Positions 7,655-15,918 of a stretch of 38,215 bases of DNA are shown here, piece by piece. The stretch covers positions 1-38,215 of the forward strand of contig JAISVO010000037.1 of the NCBI GenBank assembly GCA_031271525.1. The letters are read 5' to 3'. The notes under the pieces are model-generated. The model did not search any database and was not told the DNA's origin. It worked only from the letters and a program-made list of their open reading frames with translations. Position numbers and translations under genes: made by a program. Positions within the stretch are counted from its first letter, which is position 1. Each line of letters opens with the position of its first letter. Source of the DNA: Oscillospiraceae bacterium (lineage in GTDB: Bacteria > Bacillota > Clostridia > Oscillospirales > UBA929).

Positions 7655-9181
7655 ATGAAAAAATCCCGACGCATTATGGTCTTGGCGCTCTGTCTGTTGC
7701 TGCTCGCGGCGGCGGCCGCGTGTAACAGTACCTCCGCACCGCCGGATAGCGGCGCGAACCCTCCCGGCAGCAGCCCCGGCGAAAACGACACGCCGGATAC
7801 GCCGGCGGATGACACACCGGCTGACAGTCAGCCTGCCGGGACCGACCGGTACCAGATCGGCGGAAAGGTTGTCGCGGCGACAAACGCCGGGCGTTCAACC
7901 GATCTGCATACGCTGTGGGAAAACTTCAATACATACTATCCAAACATCGAGCTGGAGATTGTCGAATACGAAACCAACACGGCGGAGTTCCTGACAGCGC
8001 AAGCGACGGCGGGCACGATGCCGGACGTGGTCATCGACGACGCCGATCAGATTTACTACTATATTTCCCAAGGTTGGGTGTATCCATTGGATTCGTTCGT
8101 TGAAAACGACGCCGATTTCGGATATGTCCCCGAGATGCTGACCGAAAGCTATACCTTCGGCGACCGGCTGTACGCGCTGCCGATGCAGACGCACTTCAAC
8201 GTCGTCTTTGTCAATATGGACTTGCTGAACGCGCTGAACATGGATCCGCCGGAATTTGACTGGACGCCCGAGGACTATAGGGAGTTTCTGAAAAACGGGA
8301 CAACCGACGAATATTCCGGCACCGAAATTCTTTGGGGGATCGACGAAATCCTCGCCGGCGCGATGAACGCGGAGAATGATTTCTATGGGTTTTCGCTGGC
8401 GGAGCATAAGTTCAATATGTCGGAATCGTGGGTTGACGCCGTCGGTCTGATGCGTGAAATGCGCGAGTATCCGGGGCTAGAGGCGTGGAGTTTACGGAAC
8501 TCGGGGAACGACGGCGAAGAGAACGACTATACCCGGAAATTCGGTTCGAGCAACGTGAGCGATAACCACATGGCCTTGAAGCTTGGCAAGGTGCTGTCCG
8601 ACCCGAGGGGGACGTGGGACGCCAACTGGCTTAAGACAGACTGTGATTTTGCTTGGGAGTTTTTCCCCTTCCCGCAGGGAGCCGACGCACTGGGACACCT
8701 GCCGATGCATGTGGACTGCTCTTGGGTCGTCTCCACGGCGCAAGCTCCGGAAGCCGCCTTTGAGGTCGCCCGCTTCTTCACCTACAGTTTGGAAGGCAAT
8801 CTGGAACGGATGACGATGCACGAAAACGGCGGCACCGACGCTTACACCGTCGACAACGACTTCTATATCCCGACGACAAATCACCCGGACGTGCGAAGCC
8901 GCTTTGAAAACCTCCCCGGCGTCACCGACGGGCTGGTCTACATGTTCGACAACATGAAAAACTCCTTCCGCGCCGATCTCAGCAAACTGGTTCCCGGGTG
9001 GTCGCAAGTGAACGACGAATATCTGAGTCCCTTGGGCAACGAAGTCAGGGACGGCATCACCGAGGCGGCGTCCGTCGCGGCGGAGCTCGACAATACGGCC
9101 ACTGCGGCGATCCAAAATTACTGGACCGACTTCCTCGACAAACTCAGCGCGATCCAAACGGAGTTTGACAGCGCCCCGTAG
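7655..9181 (+). CDS. Extracellular solute-binding lipoprotein (ABC, family 1, large about 500-aa type)
   Basis: Signal peptide and lipobox are MKKSRRIMVLALCLLLLAAAAAC. A Pro/Asp/Thr-rich linker follows, then an SBP-like body with GTMPDVVIDD. Confidence 0.85.
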   Translation: MKKSRRIMVLALCLLLLAAAAACNSTSAPPDSGANPPGSSPGENDTPDTPADDTPADSQPAGTDRYQIGGKVVAATNAGRSTDLHTLWENFNTYYPNIELEIVEYETNTAEFLTAQATAGTMPDVVIDDADQIYYYISQGWVYPLDSFVENDADFGYVPEMLTESYTFGDRLYALPMQTHFNVVFVNMDLLNALNMDPPEFDWTPEDYREFLKNGTTDEYSGTEILWGIDEILAGAMNAENDFYGFSLAEHKFNMSESWVDAVGLMREMREYPGLEAWSLRNSGNDGEENDYTRKFGSSNVSDNHMALKLGKVLSDPRGTWDANWLKTDCDFAWEFFPFPQGADALGHLPMHVDCSWVVSTAQAPEAAFEVARFFTYSLEGNLERMTMHENGGTDAYTVDNDFYIPTTNHPDVRSRFENLPGVTDGLVYMFDNMKNSFRADLSKLVPGWSQVNDEYLSPLGNEVRDGITEAASVAAELDNTATAAIQNYWTDFLDKLSAIQTEFDSAP

Positions 9182-9230
9182 CGCGCCGACAGTCTTTGGA
9201 ATCGAATAAGAACGGCAGGAGGGGCGGTTG

Positions 9231-12023
9231 TTGAAAAGACGAATCATTCTAATTTTCGTTTTGTGCGTTACGCTCGCGTTCGTTGTTCTGCCCCTGTGCT
9301 TTGCCGGGAACTTCGGCGACACGCTGCCCGACGCGGCCGGTCGTCATCTGTCCGTCGCTGCTGAACGCTGGAATGTTTATGAAGTAACGGAGGCATATGA
9401 ACTCGGCGGTCTGTCCATTCCGAAGGGTGAGATGGTCAGCGTCCCGATAACGCTGCCCGAGGCGGGGAATTACCGCGTGGCGCTGACGTATACCTTGCCG
9501 GACCCCGCCGTGCTGGACGCCGTGTTCACGGTGGGGACAGCACAGGGCGAATCGCGGGCGATCCTCCCCGTATTGTGGAGCGATTCCGGCGGACCTTTTC
9601 CGGTTGACCGCTACGGCAACGAGCTAAACCGAGATCAAGCCGCGCTGACACTTCCGGTGACCGCCGCACTGCGGCTCCAAGGCGCGGTGGGCGCGGACGA
9701 CCTGCTGCTCCCGGCGGGCGGCAGCGTATTGACCCTCCGCCCCGACACGCAGGCGATCATACTCGAGCGGCTGCTGCTGCTGCCAGAGCAAAGCGAACCG
9801 GCCACTCCGGCCGCCGGGAAACTGAACGGGGAACTAATCACACTGGAGGCGGAGAACTACACTCTCAAATCCGATTCGTTTATCCGGACCAAAGGCGTCC
9901 GCAATCCGGTACTGTCCCCTTACGACACATATTCGCGCAAGATGAACGCGATCGACGAGAACTCGTGGGATACCGCCGGGCAGAAGATCCTATGGACATT
10001 TGAGGTTCCGGAAGCGGGCCTTTACAACGCCGGGTTCCGTTACAGTCAGGTTTCGCGGCCCGGCAAGCGTTCGTACCGCCGGCTGGAGATCGACGGGCTG
10101 CCTGTCTCCGACGCGTTGATTCCGTTCGCGCCGACCCGGTTGGACGAGTATAAAAACTATACGGCGGACGGTTCGGTATATCTCGAAAAAGGGATCCACA
10201 CGCTGGCCCTGACGTCTGTGCTCGGCCCTGAGGAATCGGTGTATCACGAACTGATGCGGATTATGGGCGACCTTTCGGGTATGGGGATGGACCTGAAGAT
10301 TCTCACGGCAGGCAACACAGACCCAAACCGCACATGGGATATGAATGCCTACTTGCCGGAGATACCGGGGCGTTTGCTGCGCGCGGCGAAAGAACTGGAG
10401 CGGTGCTACGCCGATCTGTCGGCCGGCACCGAGCCTATATATGCCTCCGACCTGCTGTACGCCTCCGAAGTACTCCGCAGATTGTGCGAAGACACACGCA
10501 CGCTGCCAAACAAAGCCGGCCTGATCAGCGAGGGGGACGCCTCGATCAGCGCCTCGGTCAGCAATGTGCTGCAGACACTGCTGGAATCGCCGCTCTCACT
10601 CGACCGCATATACCTGACCTCCGGCGCTCCCCTGCCGGGCGACTCGGTTTCGCCTTTTACGCAGATTGCCGAGAGCATACGTACATTCGCGCATACCTTC
10701 TCGGCAGGAGCGTCCGGCTACGCGGTCGACGGCAGCGGGGACGCAGCCGAACTTCAAGTGTGGGTAGGCATGTCCGTACAGCACACGGAGGTTCTTCAGC
10801 AGTTGATTAATCAAAAGTTCAACGAGACGGGCGGAAAGAATATTCAGCTGTCCATCATGCCGAACCCCCAAAAGCTGGTGCTCGCCAATGCAACCGGAAC
10901 AGGCCCCGATGTCGTGCTGGGGGTTCCGTTTTATCTGCCATATGATTTTGCCATTCGCGGAGCCGCGAAAAACCTGTTGGAATATCAAGATTTTCTGAGT
11001 ATTTACGCGAAACAGTATAATTTGGAGGGTCTTGTTCCATTGAGTTACGACGGCGGGGTCCACGGGGCTGTGGAGAGCGTGAACTTCCAAGTCCTCTACT
11101 ACCGGAACGACATCATGGAAAAGCTTGGGCTCTCTCTGCCCGACACATGGGACGACGTGGTCGGCATGATGCCGGACCTCCTGCGTAACGAGATGAACTT
11201 CAATCTGTCTTTGGCCAACAACATAGGGTTCAAGACTTTCAACACCACAAGCCCCTTCATCTATCAAAACAAAGGTTCTTTCTTCAGCGCCGACGGAGCG
11301 TCTTCCGCTTTCACCGAAGGGGCCGCCGTCAACGGCTTCACGCAGATGACAGACCTGTTTTCGGCGTACTCTTTGAGCGAATACGTCGCCAATTTTTTCA
11401 ACGCCTTCCGGTACGGAGAGGTTCCGATCGGCGTGGGGGGTTACGATATGTATATGCGCCTGTCGGTCGCCGCCCCGGAATTGCAGGGACTTTGGGACAT
11501 CGCGCTTACGCCGGGTCACGCAATAGACGGTGAGGTCCTGCGGTATCAATCAGCCGACAGCACCGCCTGCATGATTTTCTCCGACTCCGACAAAACCGAT
11601 GAGGCTTGGGAGTTTTTGAAGTGGTGGCTGTCCGAGGAGACGCAGGTTCGGTTCTCCTATCAGCTCGAAAACACCTACGGCACGGAATACCGCTGGAACA
11701 CCGCAAACCTCGGCGCTTTTACCCAGCTTCCGTATCCGGAGGAGCACAAAGCGGTTATCCTTGAACAGCTCCGCTGGCAGAAGGAAAACATCCGGCACCC
11801 GGCGGGCTATATGGTGGAGCGCGAAGCGTCCAATGTGTGGAACAACGTCGTGGCAAACCACAAAGAGATTATGGCGTCGATCGACCGCGCGAAGATCGCC
11901 TCCGACCGGGAGATTCTGCGGAAGCTCAGGGAATTCGGCTTTGTCAGCGCTGAGGGCGAGGTCCTGCGCCCCTATCCTATCGATACGATCGGAGGTTTGT
12001 CGGAGGGAGCGGGCGACTCATGA
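9231..12023 (+). CDS. Giant (about 930 aa) secreted protein: CBM-like beta-sandwich modules, a helical linker and a C-terminal family-1 solute-binding domain
   Basis: Two adjacent TTG codons lie at 9228 and 9231. AGGAGGGG at 9217-9224 favours 9231. The N-terminal signal/anchor is [28 protein letters not shown]6/35-style segments are [13 protein letters not shown]...[21 protein letters not shown]...IHTLALT. The SBP-type segment begins near nt 10747 ([24 protein letters not shown]...GTGPDVVLG). Confidence 0.8.
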   Translation: MKRRIILIFVLCVTLAFVVLPLCFAGNFGDTLPDAAGRHLSVAAERWNVYEVTEAYELGGLSIPKGEMVSVPITLPEAGNYRVALTYTLPDPAVLDAVFTVGTAQGESRAILPVLWSDSGGPFPVDRYGNELNRDQAALTLPVTAALRLQGAVGADDLLLPAGGSVLTLRPDTQAIILERLLLLPEQSEPATPAAGKLNGELITLEAENYTLKSDSFIRTKGVRNPVLSPYDTYSRKMNAIDENSWDTAGQKILWTFEVPEAGLYNAGFRYSQVSRPGKRSYRRLEIDGLPVSDALIPFAPTRLDEYKNYTADGSVYLEKGIHTLALTSVLGPEESVYHELMRIMGDLSGMGMDLKILTAGNTDPNRTWDMNAYLPEIPGRLLRAAKELERCYADLSAGTEPIYASDLLYASEVLRRLCEDTRTLPNKAGLISEGDASISASVSNVLQTLLESPLSLDRIYLTSGAPLPGDSVSPFTQIAESIRTFAHTFSAGASGYAVDGSGDAAELQVWVGMSVQHTEVLQQLINQKFNETGGKNIQLSIMPNPQKLVLANATGTGPDVVLGVPFYLPYDFAIRGAAKNLLEYQDFLSIYAKQYNLEGLVPLSYDGGVHGAVESVNFQVLYYRNDIMEKLGLSLPDTWDDVVGMMPDLLRNEMNFNLSLANNIGFKTFNTTSPFIYQNKGSFFSADGASSAFTEGAAVNGFTQMTDLFSAYSLSEYVANFFNAFRYGEVPIGVGGYDMYMRLSVAAPELQGLWDIALTPGHAIDGEVLRYQSADSTACMIFSDSDKTDEAWEFLKWWLSEETQVRFSYQLENTYGTEYRWNTANLGAFTQLPYPEEHKAVILEQLRWQKENIRHPAGYMVEREASNVWNNVVANHKEIMASIDRAKIASDREILRKLREFGFVSAEGEVLRPYPIDTIGGLSEGAGDS

Positions 12024-12943
12024 CAAAGAAACTCAGGAGCCACCGCGCGGGAATGGTGACCACCGGGCGAAGTGCCATCGTGATCATGCTGCTTCCCTAC
12101 GGCCTGCTGTTCACCCTGTTTATCATCCTCCCGGTCATCGCGGCCTTCGGATTGTCCTTCACCGATTTCGACACGATACAACCGCCCGCTTTCGCCGGGT
12201 TGAAAAATTATATCACCTTACTTACGGCCGACGAAGTGTTTATGCAGAAGGTTCTGCCGAACACCATCCTCTTCTCGCTGGTTGTTGGCGTAGGTGGATA
12301 CCTCCTGTCCTTCCTGTTGGCGTGGAGCCTTTCGCAGCTCACAAAAATCCCCCGAACCGTCATGGCGATCATCATTTATTTGCCGTCGATGACCGGCGGC
12401 GTCCTTCTCAGCGCGGTATGGGGCGTCATTTTCTCCGGCGAGAAGAGCGGGCCTCTCAACTACGCGCTGTTAAAGCTCGGCCTCATTGAGCAGCCGGTGC
12501 TTTGGCTGCAGTCGGAGTCCGCCCTGCTGATCATTATGATAATCGTCACGCTGTGGTCGAGCATGGGGATTGGGTTTTTAGCCATTTTAGCCGGTATTAT
12601 GAACGTCAATCAAGAGCTGTATGAGGCCGCGTATATCGACGGCGTCAGCAACCGTTTTCAAGAGATCGTCTACATTACGATCCCGAGTACCCGCCCTCAA
12701 ATGCTGTTCGGCGCGGTGATGGCGATCGTCAGTACCTTTTCGCAGAGCGGCGTCGGCGCGGCGCTGTCCGGCGCGAACCCAACCCCGGGGAACGCCGGGC
12801 AGCTGATCGTCCCCCATATTGAGGATTATGGGTTCCTGCGGTATGAGATGGGGTACGCCGCCGCGATCAGCGTCGCGCTGCTGCTGTTGATACGCCTTGC
12901 GTCGGTCGGCGCTAACAAGCTGTTCGGGTCGAAGGGGGAGTAG
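12020..12943 (+). CDS. Sugar ABC transporter permease (CUT1, MalF-like)
   Basis: ATGA overlap with the upstream stop. Six predicted TM segments. The EAA loop is [28 protein letters not shown]. Confidence 0.9.
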   Translation: MTKKLRSHRAGMVTTGRSAIVIMLLPYGLLFTLFIILPVIAAFGLSFTDFDTIQPPAFAGLKNYITLLTADEVFMQKVLPNTILFSLVVGVGGYLLSFLLAWSLSQLTKIPRTVMAIIIYLPSMTGGVLLSAVWGVIFSGEKSGPLNYALLKLGLIEQPVLWLQSESALLIIMIIVTLWSSMGIGFLAILAGIMNVNQELYEAAYIDGVSNRFQEIVYITIPSTRPQMLFGAVMAIVSTFSQSGVGAALSGANPTPGNAGQLIVPHIEDYGFLRYEMGYAAAISVALLLLIRLASVGANKLFGSKGE

Positions 12944-12945
12944 AT

Positions 12946-13857
12946 ATGGCAAGGAAGCGGAGGCTCATCCAGAATGGTATCAACCCCGCCCGTTTTGCCC
13001 GCGGGCAGATCAAGTTCTATGCCTTCCTCATCCCCCTATGCGCCGTCATGTCGTTACCTATCGTCTTTTTCTTCATAAACGCCTTTAAGCCGATGGAGGA
13101 GCTTTTCGCCTACCCGCCGCGCTTCTTTGTCAACCGCCCCACGCTTGACAACTTCATCCGGCTGTTTTCCATCTCGTCATCCACCACAATTCCGGCGTCC
13201 CGTTATCTGTTCAACAGCGTTCTGTCAACAGTTCTTGTCGTCGCGGCATCTCTCTGTATGTCGGTTTCAGCCGGATATGTCTTGAGCAAGAAGAGGTTTA
13301 GGCTTCGGAGCGCGTTGATGGAGGTCAACAATCTGGCGCTGATGTTTGTCGCGATTGCCGTGATGATCCCCCGGTACTTTATCATCGCCTACACCGGGCT
13401 GCAAAACAACTTCTTCGCCAACGTCGTTCCCCTTTTAGCCATGCCGGTCGGCCTTTTTCTGGTTAAGCAGTTCATAGACCAAATCCCGGATACCCTTGTC
13501 GAGGCGGCGGTCATCGATGGTGCCGGCGATTTCCGTATCCTGTCGAGCGTGGTCATGCCGCTGGTCAAGCCGGCTCTCGCGACGGTGTCGATCCTCTCAT
13601 TCCAGCTGTCGTGGAACAACGCCGAGGCCTCCGCGCTGTATATCAACAACGAAACGCTCAAGACATTCGCGTTCTACATGCAAAACCTCGGCGCGGGCGG
13701 TACCTCGTTCCTGCAAGGCGCGTCGGGAGGAAACAGCACAGCCGGCGCGGGGGTGGCCGCCGCCGCAATGTTGGTTATGTTTTTACCCAACCTGATCCTG
13801 TTTATCGTTTTGCAATCACAGGTTATGAACACAATGACGCACTCGGGGATTAAATAA
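12946..13857 (+). CDS. Carbohydrate ABC transporter permease (CUT1, MalG-like)
   Basis: 2-nt gap from the previous gene and a GGGGGAG RBS. The EAA loop is TLVEAAVIDGAGDFRILSSVVMPLVKP. A Gly/Ala-rich insert lies near the last TM. Confidence 0.9.
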   Translation: MARKRRLIQNGINPARFARGQIKFYAFLIPLCAVMSLPIVFFFINAFKPMEELFAYPPRFFVNRPTLDNFIRLFSISSSTTIPASRYLFNSVLSTVLVVAASLCMSVSAGYVLSKKRFRLRSALMEVNNLALMFVAIAVMIPRYFIIAYTGLQNNFFANVVPLLAMPVGLFLVKQFIDQIPDTLVEAAVIDGAGDFRILSSVVMPLVKPALATVSILSFQLSWNNAEASALYINNETLKTFAFYMQNLGAGGTSFLQGASGGNSTAGAGVAAAAMLVMFLPNLILFIVLQSQVMNTMTHSGIK

Positions 13858-13869
13858 GGAGGGAAAGCC

Positions 13870-15918
13870 ATGCCGCGGCGATGGAAATTTACTTTAACTT
13901 TTTGCCTGTCGGCGTTCCTTCTCTTCCCCTGCGCCTATGCCGGCGAAGGTACGGCGTATACATACACAATCTCGGTGAACGGGGACTGGATCCGCACGCA
14001 GGACGCCTACTTACCCGGCCGGATCCTGTTTCAGGATGGATCGCTCAACAAGCCGTACGACATATGTATCCGTGACGGAGCTATGTACGTCGCCGATTCG
14101 GGCGACGGTTGCGTTGTCCGCTACGATATGGCGACCGGCGAGAGCGTACGGTTCGGGGAGGACATTTTGGAAGGGCCGCGGGGCCTTTTCGTTTCAGCAG
14201 ACGGGCGCTGTTATGTCGCCGATTACGACGCGGAGCGGGTGGTGGTTTTTTCCTCCGACGGTCAGGCGGAGATGATCATAGACCGTCCGGAGAGTTACCT
14301 TTTCTCTGAACAAAGCCGGTACAAACCGACCGGCGTCGCGGTCGCCTCTTCCGGCATTATCTATGTTGTTGGCGAAGGCTCCTACGAAGGGATCATGCAG
14401 TTTTCCAAAAACGGCGGTTTCCAAGGGTATTATGCCGCAAACATGGCTGACATCAGCCTTCTGCAGCGCATACAGGAGCTGATTTTCAGCGAGCAGCAGC
14501 TCGGGCGTCTTCTAAACCGCACGCCACGCGCCATCCACGCGATAGATATTGATGAGTCAGACCTCGTATTCAGCGTCACGCAGGATGCCGCCGTGAGCTT
14601 CGAGTGGCGCGATGCCGTGACTTCGGGGGATGATAACGTCAAACGCCACAACTTTGCCGGGGAGAACATCCTGCGCAAAGAGGGCGGCATGGCGCAGGAG
14701 TGGAATTTTCATGATATTGCCGTAAGCCCCGGCGGCGGGTGCTATGTCCTTACGTCAACAGGATTGATCAACGAATACGACAGCTCGGCAAACCTTCTTT
14801 TTTCCTTTGGGGGGCGGGCTGTCTCAAGTGAGCGGAGCGGTTTGTTTACATCCGCCGCGGCGATTGATACCGACGAAAACGGGATTCTGTACGTACTCGA
14901 CATGGAACGGGGACATGTCCAAACCTTCTACCCGACCGAATTTGCGAACGCCACACACGCGGCGATCTCCGAACTGCTCGCGGGCAATTACGGGCAAAGC
15001 GAGCAGCTCTGGACCGAATTGCTCCGCTTAAACGGGTTGAGCTACCTAGCGCATTATGGATATGCCAAATGCCTCTTCGCGCAGCAGCGGTTTAGCGAAG
15101 CCTTGGAGCAGTACAGGATCGCGCGCGATATAACCGGTTACTCCGAAAGTTTTTGGGAACTCCGCGATGCTTGGCTGAACCGTTGGATCGGCGTCCTGCT
15201 GATGGCCGTTGTCGCGGCGGCTCTTCTCTTGTGGCTGTGGCGGAAGCTTGCGGCTTGTTCCCGCTTGCGGCGAGAACGCAAGCCGCTTACGGGTTGGCAA
15301 AAGGATACACTCTTGCTAAAAGAAATGCTGAGGCATCCGCTCGACAGTTTTTATTACATCAAGCGTGGAGAAAAGGGGAGTGTCGCGTTTGCCTCGGGGC
15401 TGTATGTCGCCGCGCTGGCGGTTTGGTTTTGGGATCGGCTATTCCGGGGTTTTGCCTTTAACCATACGAATATTCGTTATGAGCAGCCCCTCACGGTCGC
15501 GCTTCTCTTCCTCCTCCCTATCGGCTTATGGGTGACCGGGAACTATTTTGTGGCCTCTATCAACGACGGAGAAGGGAAATTCCGGGCGGTGTATGTCGGA
15601 ACCGCATACGCATTGGCCCCGTATATCCTCCTGATGCCAATACCGTTACTGCTCAGCTACGTCCTGACGCTCAACGAATCCTTTATCATACAGTTCTCAA
15701 CGGCATTCCTTCTGGCTTGGAGCGGTGTTCTCATTTTTGCCGGTGTGTCTGAAATCCACAACTACCGCTTCAAAGGCACGGTAAAGAACATTCTTCTCAC
15801 TGTTTTTTTCATGGTGATGGTCGTTGTGATATTCGTTGTCCTGTATTTGATTTGGCAGCAGGTGATTGAGTTTCTCGGCTCGGTCGGAGGGGAGGTTACT
15901 TATCGTGTTACGGCGTAA
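13870..15918 (+). CDS. Membrane protein: signal peptide, NHL-repeat beta-propeller, TPR-like helices and a C-terminal 5-TM Yip1-like domain
   Basis: AAGGAGGG RBS. The signal peptide ends ..FPCAYA/GE. Repeated NHL-type blades include PYDICIRDGAMYVADSGDGCVVRYD, PRGLFVSADGRCYVADYDAERVVVF, PTGVAVASSGIIYVVGEGS, FHDIAVSPGGGCYVLTSTG and AAAIDTDENGILYVLDMERGHVQTF. A helical segment follows (NYGQSEQLWTELLRLNG...RFSEALEQYRIARD), then a TM segment, a basic loop and five further TM helices. The Yip1 label is from memory of similar annotations. Confidence 0.75.
   Translation: MPRRWKFTLTFCLSAFLLFPCAYAGEGTAYTYTISVNGDWIRTQDAYLPGRILFQDGSLNKPYDICIRDGAMYVADSGDGCVVRYDMATGESVRFGEDILEGPRGLFVSADGRCYVADYDAERVVVFSSDGQAEMIIDRPESYLFSEQSRYKPTGVAVASSGIIYVVGEGSYEGIMQFSKNGGFQGYYAANMADISLLQRIQELIFSEQQLGRLLNRTPRAIHAIDIDESDLVFSVTQDAAVSFEWRDAVTSGDDNVKRHNFAGENILRKEGGMAQEWNFHDIAVSPGGGCYVLTSTGLINEYDSSANLLFSFGGRAVSSERSGLFTSAAAIDTDENGILYVLDMERGHVQTFYPTEFANATHAAISELLAGNYGQSEQLWTELLRLNGLSYLAHYGYAKCLFAQQRFSEALEQYRIARDITGYSESFWELRDAWLNRWIGVLLMAVVAAALLLWLWRKLAACSRLRRERKPLTGWQKDTLLLKEMLRHPLDSFYYIKRGEKGSVAFASGLYVAALAVWFWDRLFRGFAFNHTNIRYEQPLTVALLFLLPIGLWVTGNYFVASINDGEGKFRAVYVGTAYALAPYILLMPIPLLLSYVLTLNESFIIQFSTAFLLAWSGVLIFAGVSEIHNYRFKGTVKNILLTVFFMVMVVVIFVVLYLIWQQVIEFLGSVGGEVTYRVTA

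Noticed and set aside
10596-11549. 317-aa minus-strand ORF
   Set aside because: It is antisense to the solute-binding domain of the giant SBP gene. The composition is low-complexity and Arg/Val/Gly-rich, and there is no RBS or motif. It is a shadow ORF.
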